Assembly: GCA_016188295.1 (NCBI GenBank)
Contig: JACPIA010000011.1
Coordinates: 3,993 to 67,992 of the forward strand
Direction of reading: 5' to 3'
Length of the DNA stretch: 64,000 bases
DNA from: Candidatus Vogelbacteria bacterium
Lineage (GTDB): Bacteria; Patescibacteriota; Minisyncoccia; Phycocordibacterales; XYD1-FULL-46-19
The translations under genes were made by a program, and so were the position numbers. Positions 56,507 to 64,000 of the stretch are shown piece after piece (the stretch's first letter is position 1; each line of letters begins with the position of its first letter). The notes beneath the pieces were generated by a model. The model was not told where the DNA came from. It did not search any database and saw only the letters and a program-made list of their open reading frames with translations.

Positions 56507-57031
56507 ATGAATAAACCAACAATGGAAGAACTTATTGCAAAAGTGGAAAAACTTAAATCTACAGGTGAATTGGATCTCTCAATAGAGGAAGATTTGAGTA
56601 TTGCTGTAATGAACCTTATTAGCCTAGAAGAGCATTTTTACTTTACTGCCGAGAAAACTGGGAATAATGAATACTTTGATTTATTAAATCAGACAAGGGA
56701 GATGAGGAAACAACTCTTGGAAAAAATGATTGATAAACATGAGGGTGAAACGTGGTGTATCGCTAAACATTTACTTGCTACGACTATGAGGTTAATGGAA
56801 GTCGGTACCAAACTTCAATCATCGGGTAAAAAAGAAGAAGCGCAAGATATGTTTAAAAAAGCTTATGAAATTTATTCGCTTTTTTGGGCATTACGATTGA
56901 AATTGATTGATGTATCTGATGTTAAAAGGGTTGAAGATAATCGATTAAATATTCACGACAAATCTGGTTCTGGTAAATCAATGACAAAGGAAGACATTAT
57001 TAGTAAATTAGTCGATTGCTGTAAGGAATAA
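56507..57031 (+). CDS. Hypothetical helical protein
   Basis: NLISLEEH, WCIAKH, C-terminal DCCKE. Confidence 0.75.
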   Translation: MNKPTMEELIAKVEKLKSTGELDLSIEEDLSIAVMNLISLEEHFYFTAEKTGNNEYFDLLNQTREMRKQLLEKMIDKHEGETWCIAKHLLATTMRLMEVGTKLQSSGKKEEAQDMFKKAYEIYSLFWALRLKLIDVSDVKRVEDNRLNIHDKSGSGKSMTKEDIISKLVDCCKE

Positions 57032-57045
57032 CTAAATTAAAAAAA

Positions 57046-57966
57046 ATGGAAAACGAAAAACTTGAAGAAAAAATAATAAAAAAAGATAGTCCATATGCGA
57101 CACCAACAGCTATTATTATCGTTGGAGTTATGTTATCTCTATCTGTGTTTTATGGTTTACGTAATCCCTCAAAAGGAACACCTTTACAAAAGGCAGACAC
57201 ACAAGTTTCTGCGCTCGAAGAAGCTGTTTTGCCATCTAAGGGGGTAGTTTTACCTGCATCGTGGGGTAACCTTGGTGTGCAACTCGTAGACAGTGGAGCT
57301 ATTGATACTGATAAATTCAAAGCTATTTATGAACAGAGAGGAGCTTTCACTGATGAGTATAAAAACTTATTGCTTGGAAATAATAATGGTCAGATTAAAA
57401 TTACTAGAGAAAATTCAGGATATTATCTCAATCTATTTTGGGCTCTTGGTCTCGCAAATAAAAATCCTATTTTAGACACAGGCGAGATGGTAGATCTTGA
57501 ATATGGTGGAGCAGGAAACTTTGCATCTACTGGTGGTTGGACAATCGCAAAAGGTAAGCCAATGGACCACTATAGCAAGCATGCATTAATTACACTAACT
57601 CCAGAACAGCAAGCCCTAGTCGATAAAATATCACGTGGAATATATAGACCCTGTTGTGGCAATTCAGTTCATTTTCCAGACTGTAATCATGGGATGGCAA
57701 TACTCGGGCTCTTGGAGCTAATGGCTTCACAAGGTGCAAGCGAACAAGACATGTGGAAAACAGCGTTAATAGTTAATTCTTACTGGTTCCCCGACACTTA
57801 TCTTACAATAGCGACTTATATGAAAGAAAAAGGAATTGAATGGAAAAATGTAAATCCGCAAGAAATGTTAAGTGCCAGTCATTCTAGTGCCCAAGGTTAT
57901 GCAAAAATTGCATCACAAGTAATTAAACCAGCTGATTCACAAAGTGCAGGTGGATGTGGAATATAA
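57046..57966 (+). CDS. Hypothetical membrane-anchored Cys/His protein
   Basis: RPCCGNS..PDCNHGMA, C-terminal GGCG. Confidence 0.75.
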   Translation: MENEKLEEKIIKKDSPYATPTAIIIVGVMLSLSVFYGLRNPSKGTPLQKADTQVSALEEAVLPSKGVVLPASWGNLGVQLVDSGAIDTDKFKAIYEQRGAFTDEYKNLLLGNNNGQIKITRENSGYYLNLFWALGLANKNPILDTGEMVDLEYGGAGNFASTGGWTIAKGKPMDHYSKHALITLTPEQQALVDKISRGIYRPCCGNSVHFPDCNHGMAILGLLELMASQGASEQDMWKTALIVNSYWFPDTYLTIATYMKEKGIEWKNVNPQEMLSASHSSAQGYAKIASQVIKPADSQSAGGCGI

Positions 57967-58059
57967 ATACTAATAAAAATAATTATGAAAACAAAACACA
58001 AAGTATTTATAGAAACGAATAATGATAGAGCTCCTGAAAGCGCGGTAATTTAGAAGACA

Positions 58060-58090
58060 TTGACAAATAGGGGATGGGGGTATAAAGTAT
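58060..58090 (+). promoter_or_regulatory. Promoter with G-tract operator upstream of the csoR-like gene
   Basis: TTGACA followed by ATAGGGGATGGGGGTAT. Confidence 0.7.
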
Positions 58091-58127
58091 GGGAAAGGTC
58101 GAACTTATACTATTAACTTATAAAACT

Positions 58128-58400
58128 ATGTTAGATCAAAAATTAAAGAAGAAAGCACTCCATAGAGCAAGAATAATTCGTGGACAGGTTGATGGCCTTG
58201 TAAAGGCCATAGAAGCAGAGAAATATTGTATTGACTTAATAACACAGTCGAGATCAGTGCAACTTTCTCTAAAAAGTATGGATAGAGTTCTTTTGGCAAA
58301 TCATCTTAGTAGTCATGTAAAGCATATGCTTAATGATACAAAACAAGAAAGTAAAGCAATTAAAGAACTCGTAGATTTGTACACATTATCAAACAAATAA
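58128..58400 (+). CDS. CsoR/RcnR family metal-sensing repressor
   Basis: RARIIRGQVDGL..YCIDL..Q..NHLSSH. Confidence 0.9.
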   Translation: MLDQKLKKKALHRARIIRGQVDGLVKAIEAEKYCIDLITQSRSVQLSLKSMDRVLLANHLSSHVKHMLNDTKQESKAIKELVDLYTLSNK

Positions 58401-58413
58401 AACAATAACAAAT

Positions 58414-58635
58414 ATGAAACTATCTAAATTAATGCATATCGCCAGTGTTGTCGTGGGTCTAGTTGGAGTGATTACGTTTCTGGGGTCCATTTTGGGTGGA
58501 TCAGATAATTTGGTTTTTGGAATTACAAAAATAGATGCTTTGATTTGTTCTGCGATTCTTATTCTAATCGCTACTTGGCTTCAAATTGCAACAATTCATC
58601 ACATGATGCTTGAGAAGCGTGGAGAAATAGTTTAA
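58414..58635 (+). CDS. Small two-TM protein
   Basis: Two hydrophobic helices, TIHHM. Confidence 0.7.
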   Translation: MKLSKLMHIASVVVGLVGVITFLGSILGGSDNLVFGITKIDALICSAILILIATWLQIATIHHMMLEKRGEIV

Positions 58636-58653
58636 TAAATTAATTAAAAATAT

Positions 58654-58917
58654 ATGGAACTATCATTAAAAAAATACGGTTGGAAATGTGTTCTTGGGTC
58701 CGAAATAGCTTATGTTCTTTGTGTGTTGGGCGGATTTATACCGCTTCGTAGTACAGCAGGTCTTGAGCTTCATCACACACTCTTTGAGACATTGCCTGGT
58801 TTTACTTGGATAACTACTGGAAGTTTTATATTGGGCGCAGTCTATATGTTTATCTTTGCTTGGATTTTCGGTTTCTATTTCGTGTGGATGCACAATTCAA
58901 GTCTTATCAGTAAATAG
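58654..58917 (+). CDS. Small membrane protein (DUF5676-like)
   Basis: YVLC..LHH..LPGFTW. Confidence 0.65.
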   Translation: MELSLKKYGWKCVLGSEIAYVLCVLGGFIPLRSTAGLELHHTLFETLPGFTWITTGSFILGAVYMFIFAWIFGFYFVWMHNSSLISK

Positions 58918-58925
58918 TAAAATAT

Positions 58926-59219
58926 ATGCACAATCATGATGAAAAAGGTAATAAAAATATGATGTGGATGATGGCAATTTGTTGTGGATTGCCATTTCTT
59001 TTCATATTTGTCGTTGGTGGAGGCGGTAGGACTCTGGGTGTTTCAACATGGGTCGTATTTGGCGGAATAGCAGTAATGATATTAGCTTACTTCTTTATAA
59101 TGGGGAAACATAAAGGTAATGGTAATTCAGATGAAAAGGATAAACTTACCGGAGAAGAAGATAAAAACAAAGATAACAAGGACGATAAAAATCATTCTGG
59201 TCACGGATGTTGTCACTAA
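58926..59219 (+). CDS. Small His/Cys-rich membrane protein
   Basis: MMWMMAICC, C-terminal HSGHGCCH. Confidence 0.7.
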   Translation: MHNHDEKGNKNMMWMMAICCGLPFLFIFVVGGGGRTLGVSTWVVFGGIAVMILAYFFIMGKHKGNGNSDEKDKLTGEEDKNKDNKDDKNHSGHGCCH

Positions 59220-59228
59220 AAAATCATT

Positions 59229-59870
59229 ATGGAAAACTCTTACGGCCTTTGGTCACTTGTCATTATAAATTCGCTGGTTTTCATTATCTTTGCGTTTAGT
59301 TTTACTAAACCAAAGACTTCTAGAGATTGGCGATCATTTGGTGGCTTTTCGGCATTTATTGTCGCGCTCTTTACGGAGATGTATGGTTTTCCACTTACAA
59401 TATATTTTTTTTCTGGTTGGCTCTCTTCAAAATTTCCTGATGTTGATTTCTTTGCACACAATTCTGGGCATCTTTTTGAAGACTTCTTTGGTTGGGGTGG
59501 TGATCCGCATTTTGGACCGTTCCATATTGCAAGTTATATTCTAATCATTTACGGTCTTGCACTTCTCTCTATGGCATGGAAGATTCTTTACAAAGCTCAA
59601 AATGAACACACTTTAGCTCTTACTGGACCTTATACTTATATTCGTCATCCGCAATATGTTGGTTTTATATTAATTATGTTTGGATTTTTCTTGCAATGGC
59701 CGACACTTCTAACTCTAGTCATGTTTCCAATTCTTGTTTGGATGTACACACGACTTGCTAAAAGCGAGGAGAAAGATTCTCAAAAAGAATTTGGAGAATT
59801 GTGGAATGAGTATGCAGAAAGAACCCCGGCTTTTATTCCACGACGAAAAAAATTAACAGCTAATTCTTAA
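59229..59870 (+). CDS. Isoprenylcysteine carboxyl methyltransferase (Ste14/PEMT) family
   Basis: ALFTEMYGFPLT, TGPY..IRHPQY, EE..FG. Confidence 0.9.
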   Translation: MENSYGLWSLVIINSLVFIIFAFSFTKPKTSRDWRSFGGFSAFIVALFTEMYGFPLTIYFFSGWLSSKFPDVDFFAHNSGHLFEDFFGWGGDPHFGPFHIASYILIIYGLALLSMAWKILYKAQNEHTLALTGPYTYIRHPQYVGFILIMFGFFLQWPTLLTLVMFPILVWMYTRLAKSEEKDSQKEFGELWNEYAERTPAFIPRRKKLTANS

Positions 59871-59872
59871 AT

Positions 59873-59955
59873 TATAAGGTGAAAATTATTTTTTCTGTTC
59901 AAATCATTGTAAACAACAGTTTGAGAAAGATCACGAAACTTATATCTTAAAATAG
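59873..59955 (+). pseudogene. YHS-domain remnant
   Basis: Reads GENYFFCSNHCKQQFEKDHETYILK* with no start and an in-frame stop just before it. Confidence 0.7.
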
Positions 59956-59957
59956 TT

Positions 59958-60851
59958 ATGAACAACAAAACAAAATCAATCTTATACGGAACACTAGCAA
60001 GCTCAATTCTACTCGGAGTTTATTTTACAGTACTCACTCTGGTTTCTGGTTGGAGTTTTACTCAAGAGCAGTTCGTAGATTATTGGTATTTTATTGTTAG
60101 TTTGGCTGTAGGTTTCGGAGTTCAGATCGCTTTGTATCAATACATTAAAAGTTTGGTGCATAGTGGAAAAGGTATGGGGAAAGTAGTTGGAGTATCTGGA
60201 ACAACTTCTACAGCAGCAATGATTTCTTGCTGTACTCATTATTTAGTTAATTTAGTACCTATTCTTGGGGTGACAGGACTGGCGACATTCGCCGCACAAT
60301 ATCAAGTTAAGTTATTTTGGGTGGGAATTTTCTTTAATATTGCCGGAGTCGTGTATATGATAAATAGAATTCTTAAATTTAAAAAAATTATGAATAATAA
60401 GACTTTAACAATACTCACATTAGTGCTTGCTTTCCTGGGAGGTTTTCTCTTTTTTTATCGTGGTGGTCAGACAAAAGAATTAGCCCCTGTTGCTAATCAA
60501 GCAAATCAGCAAACAATCACTAAACAAACTTGGAAAACGAAAACTGAAGAACAAGCTTATGTGACAGTGGTAGTTACCCCCATAGATCTATCACTAAATT
60601 CTAAAGAATGGAGATTTGATGTCGGCATGAATACTCATTCGGTTGAATTGGATCAAGATATGATAAAGATTGCTGTTCTCGTTGATGATCAAGGCAAAGA
60701 GTATAAACCAATTAGTTGGGAAGGACCAGTTGGAGGACACCACAGAGAGGGCATGTTAATATTTAATCAGATAATACCAAATCCGAAATCCGTGGAATTA
60801 AAAATTTCTAATATTGGAGATGTTGTCAGAAGTTTTGTTTGGCAACTTTAA
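59958..60851 (+). CDS. Fusion of a membrane protein (SCCTH) and a secreted protein (NTHS/GGHH)
   Basis: Second MNNKT start at 60390. Confidence 0.7.
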   Translation: MNNKTKSILYGTLASSILLGVYFTVLTLVSGWSFTQEQFVDYWYFIVSLAVGFGVQIALYQYIKSLVHSGKGMGKVVGVSGTTSTAAMISCCTHYLVNLVPILGVTGLATFAAQYQVKLFWVGIFFNIAGVVYMINRILKFKKIMNNKTLTILTLVLAFLGGFLFFYRGGQTKELAPVANQANQQTITKQTWKTKTEEQAYVTVVVTPIDLSLNSKEWRFDVGMNTHSVELDQDMIKIAVLVDDQGKEYKPISWEGPVGGHHREGMLIFNQIIPNPKSVELKISNIGDVVRSFVWQL

Positions 60852-60860
60852 ATAAAAAAT

Positions 60861-61991
60861 ATGGATACATTGGTAGACAATAATTATCATGATCACTTTG
60901 GAGACAAACCAAATAAGTGGATAGTTATTATTATTTTAATAATATCATTTGCGGGAATTATTTATTCTCTTTCAAAACCCGTTGGGAAAGATGTGCTTAG
61001 TGGAAGAGTTTTAAAAGTGTTATCTGAGAAAGAAATAACACAAGAAATAGGCGATAAAAGCGGAATTTTAAAAGAACAAGATCTCTTGGTGGAAATTACT
61101 GAAGGATCGGAGAGAAAAGAAATAAATGTTTTGAATGATTATGGACCGGTGGCAATAGGTGACAAAATATTTTTAAGCCAATCGTTGTTTGGAGACAGTG
61201 AGTGGAGTATGGCTAACATCTCAAGAACAAGAGATTTAACGATATTGTTTGCTTTCTTTATTATTCTAGTGATTTTAACTAGTGGCTGGAAGGGGTTTTA
61301 TTCGCTCGTAGGTTTACTTTTTACTTTTGCGGTTATCTTCATATTCATACTGCCGCAGATACTAAAAGGTGTTTCGCCTGTTTTCATTGGTATTAGTGGT
61401 GCCTCTTTAATTCTAATCCCAACACTTTATTTATCATATGGTTTTAATAAGAAATCAGTAGCCGCTTTTTTGGGTATAATTATCGCTTTGATTTTTGTTG
61501 GTTTTATCTCTAATTATTTTGTTAACTCTCTAAATTTTACTGGAGCGAACGAGGCATTTTTATACTTAAATATGGTGTCGACCAATTCAATTAATGTTAT
61601 GGGACTTTTAATAACTGGTATAATCATTGCTGCCGTTGGTGTATTAGATGACGTGGCAGCCATTCAATCGTCTGTAGTTTTTAGTCTTGCGAGGGCCAAT
61701 AAGGATTTACGTGGTTTGAGACTTTTCAAGGAAGCAATGCATGTAGGAAAAGATCATATCTCTGCCGTAGTTAATACGCTAGTTCTTGCTTACACTGGCG
61801 CATCTCTCCCAGTTATTCTTCTTTTATTTATTCAAAAAATGCCCTTAGACTACTCGATCAGTTTGGAAATTGTTGCCGAAGAAATTACCCGAACTTTAAT
61901 ATCATCTTCCGGACTTTTGTTGGCTGTTCCTTTGACAACAATAATAGCTGTATTTATGGTCGACAAAAAATATAATAATCTTAATAAATAA
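60861..61991 (+). CDS. YibE/F family membrane protein
   Basis: GVLDDV, VGKDHI..VNTLVLAYTG, AVPLTT. Confidence 0.9.
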   Translation: MDTLVDNNYHDHFGDKPNKWIVIIILIISFAGIIYSLSKPVGKDVLSGRVLKVLSEKEITQEIGDKSGILKEQDLLVEITEGSERKEINVLNDYGPVAIGDKIFLSQSLFGDSEWSMANISRTRDLTILFAFFIILVILTSGWKGFYSLVGLLFTFAVIFIFILPQILKGVSPVFIGISGASLILIPTLYLSYGFNKKSVAAFLGIIIALIFVGFISNYFVNSLNFTGANEAFLYLNMVSTNSINVMGLLITGIIIAAVGVLDDVAAIQSSVVFSLARANKDLRGLRLFKEAMHVGKDHISAVVNTLVLAYTGASLPVILLLFIQKMPLDYSISLEIVAEEITRTLISSSGLLLAVPLTTIIAVFMVDKKYNNLNK

Positions 61992-61995
61992 AATC

Positions 61996-62301
61996 ATGGA
62001 ACATAATCACACAGCAAAAGAAAAAATAATATATACATGTGTAATGCATCCAGAAGTTATTTATGATAAGCCTGGTGTTTGTCCTAAATGTGGCATGACG
62101 CTTATCAAAGTGAATACACAAGAAAAAAATAATCATTCTGGGCATGTTATGGGTAATCCATCTAAAATGAGTTTTTGGGGAAAATTCAAAATGAGTATGT
62201 CTATGACTATGGGGATGGACCACACGGGTCTTGCTGAACGAGAAGTGGCTCGTCTTATGGAACTCGACATTAAAAATAAATTCTTTTCATCAGGGGATTA
62301 A
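61996..62301 (+). pseudogene. Truncated copper P1B-type ATPase (N-terminal metal-binding region only)
   Basis: YTCVMHPEV..CPKCGM, His/Met-rich linker, ends before the first TM. Confidence 0.75.
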
Positions 62302-63400
62302 GACGAGTGACTATCTCATAATTAATCGTATCACTCAAATAAGCGATATTATCGGTCGATATCTCTAATTTTCCACTTTTACCAATTAAAATGGCCTCCA
62401 TTCCAACGGCTACCTTTTTAATATCAGTGACATCAATACTAATCATATCCATTGAAACGCGACCAATAATTTTTGCTTCATTGCCATTAATCAATACTTT
62501 ACCAATACTAGAGAGAGATCTAGGAAATCCATGCCAATAACCGACCGGCAAAATAGCGATTTTTGAGGGGCGAGTGATGGTCTCGGTTAAATCATAACCA
62601 ATTTTACTTCCTTTTGGGAAAGTTTTAATTTGAGTGACGATTGTTTTCCAAGTTAAAACCGGGGCTAATTTGATTTTTTGCTTAAAAGCTTCTTTGATCT
62701 CCTTAGCTGGCCACAGTCCATAAAGTCCGATCCCTACCCTTACTAGATCAAAGTGACTCTGTGGAAAAATGATTGTGCCGGAGGTAGCCGCGGCATGTTT
62801 TATTGCTATTTTAAAACCGGCTGACTCTAACAGATCAATCACTTTTTTAAATTCTTCTATTTGATTTAGGGTAGTAGTGGGAAAAGCGGGATTTTTAGCT
62901 GAAGAAAAGTGAGTATAAACACCCTCAAGGGTTATTGATAATTTTTTTGATTTTAAAATTTTTATTACCGTTGGGATTTCCGAAACTAGAAAACCCTGAC
63001 GATGCATCCCGGTATCAATTTTAAGATGGATTTTTAATTTACCGTCGCTCTTATTGATTGCTGTTAAATTTTTGAGAGTGGGTAGGTCGGCAATGGTTAA
63101 AGTAATGTTGCTTTTAATTGCTACTTTAATTTTGTTAGGCAAGGTGTAACCTAAAACTAAAATTGGTTTTTTTAAACCAGCTTGTCTTAAGCTTTCCGCC
63201 TCAACAATCGAATCAACGCCAAGCCAATCAACTCCTAAATTTTCTAAAGCTCGAGAAAAATCAATCAAACTATGACCGTAAGCGTTGGATTTAACCACGG
63301 CCATTAGCAGACATTTTGGGCCGATCAAATGTCGAAACATTTGATAATTATTTTTTAACGCTATTTGACTGATTTCAATCCAGGTTCTTAAGTTCTGCAT
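62270..63400 (-). CDS. alr: Alanine racemase
   Basis: AVVKSNAYGH, HLKIDTGMHR, VRVGIGLYG, IGYD, GRVSMD, TINYE. Confidence 0.96.
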   Translation of the reverse strand: MQNLRTWIEISQIALKNNYQMFRHLIGPKCLLMAVVKSNAYGHSLIDFSRALENLGVDWLGVDSIVEAESLRQAGLKKPILVLGYTLPNKIKVAIKSNITLTIADLPTLKNLTAINKSDGKLKIHLKIDTGMHRQGFLVSEIPTVIKILKSKKLSITLEGVYTHFSSAKNPAFPTTTLNQIEEFKKVIDLLESAGFKIAIKHAAATSGTIIFPQSHFDLVRVGIGLYGLWPAKEIKEAFKQKIKLAPVLTWKTIVTQIKTFPKGSKIGYDLTETITRPSKIAILPVGYWHGFPRSLSSIGKVLINGNEAKIIGRVSMDMISIDVTDIKKVAVGMEAILIGKSGKLEISTDNIAYLSDTINYEIVTRLNPLMKRIYF

Positions 63401-63450
63401 TTGGATTTTTCTATCCTAACACAAAAACGCTCTACTGAGGGGGGTTTACT

Positions 63451-63591
63451 ATGGATACCGTGGATGGTATTTGGCAGCAGTACTGTCGCATGCAAGACGT
63501 ACTCCTAAACATTATGTCTGCCAAAGAATTATTCGCGGTGCTTGGTTATGCTCGCGGAAACAGGAAGTGTCACCCTGACTGCCGATACTGA
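63451..63591 (+). CDS. 46-aa hypothetical peptide (not in ORF track)
   Basis: GAGGGG SD; MDTVDGIWQQYC...RKCHPDCRY; terminator-like hairpin at 63617-63650. Confidence 0.4.
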   Translation: MDTVDGIWQQYCRMQDVLLNIMSAKELFAVLGYARGNRKCHPDCRY

Positions 63592-63745
63592 TTTAAAAGG
63601 TGATCGCACAAAACTTGGGCGCGTACGGATTTCCGTGGGCGCTCTTTTTTAAAACCAAAAAACCCCTGCCGTAAGGCAGAGGATTTTTGGGTAGTGTCCA
63701 GCTCGGGGCTGGTTAATTGTTTTTCGAGCTCGAAAAACAAGAGAA

Positions 63746-64000
63746 TTAACGGACCGCGTCTTTGAGCGCTTTAGCGGCGCGGAATTTTGGCACCTTCATC
63801 GCCGCTACCTTAACCGCTTCTCCAGTGCGCGGATTGCGCGCGGTGCGGGCGGCTCGCGTTTTAGCGCTAAAGATACCTAAACCGGCAATCGAGACCTCGT
63901 CACCCTTTTTAAGAGTGTTAACAATCGACTCGATCACGGTGTCTACCGCCTTTTCAGATCCAGCTTTGGTACCGCCAATCGCTTCATTTACTGCGTCAAC
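63746..64000 (-). CDS. hup: DNA-binding protein HU (5' end outside window)
   Basis: VSIAGLGIF..RAARTARNPRTGE..PKFRAAKALK. Confidence 0.95.
   Translation of the reverse strand, partial: VDAVNEAIGGTKAGSEKAVDTVIESIVNTLKKGDEVSIAGLGIFSAKTRAARTARNPRTGEAVKVAAMKVPKFRAAKALKDAVR

Larger units (their letters stand above)
54296..62301 (+). mobile_element. Copper/redox genomic island, degraded (no integrase seen)
   Basis: Starts right after tRNA-Gly; visibly different codon use (AGA, GGA, CTT); co-oriented metal genes; truncated right end. Confidence 0.65.

Noticed and set aside
57985-58053. 22-codon ORF MKTKHKVFIETNNDRAPESAVI
   Set aside because: Possibly a gene stump but too short to assign
62300-62340. 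attR copy of the tRNA-Gly 3' end
   Set aside because: Only a 7-nt match (ATCACTC) inside alr, consistent with chance
1-64000. Alternative genetic code (UGA as Gly)
   Set aside because: Conserved genes are intact under code 11, and TGA ends ruvB, xer and the RAYT at expected positions

Overview
Origin-proximal chromosome segment of a small-genome bacterium. Gene content and style suggest Patescibacteria/CPR, probably Parcubacteria (inference). Core genes: polA (partial), tsaE, a PilB/GspE-type ATPase, ruvBC, tyrS, a class A PBP, dciA-like-dnaN-oriC-dnaA, rpmH-rnpA-yidC, rsmA, pcrA, lexA, comM, rpsO, xer, cca, four tRNAs, yraN, alr and hup (partial). A 13.5-kb relaxase-free T4SS-like operon (VirB4, PrgI, VirB6-like, pilin-peptidase fusion) lies next to oriC, with a VirD4-like coupling protein 5.5 kb away. 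A REP-associated tyrosine transposase sits between two identical 32-bp palindrome-containing direct repeats, and related palindromes mark accessory ORFan islets. A decaying copper/redox island (about 54.3-62.3 kb) follows tRNA-Gly(TCC); it is headed by a candidate ribosome-arrest metal-sensing leader and ends in a truncated P1B-ATPase that overlaps the end of alr. Other non-obvious signals: several candidate structured small RNAs (two sharing an anti-SD motif), a DnaA-box plus parS cluster 34 kb from dnaA, DnaA boxes co-oriented upstream of promoters, probable ATT start codons, unannotated acidic and cationic micro-ORFs, and a TrmB/AAA_28/CYTH module. All calls were made by eye, without database searches.
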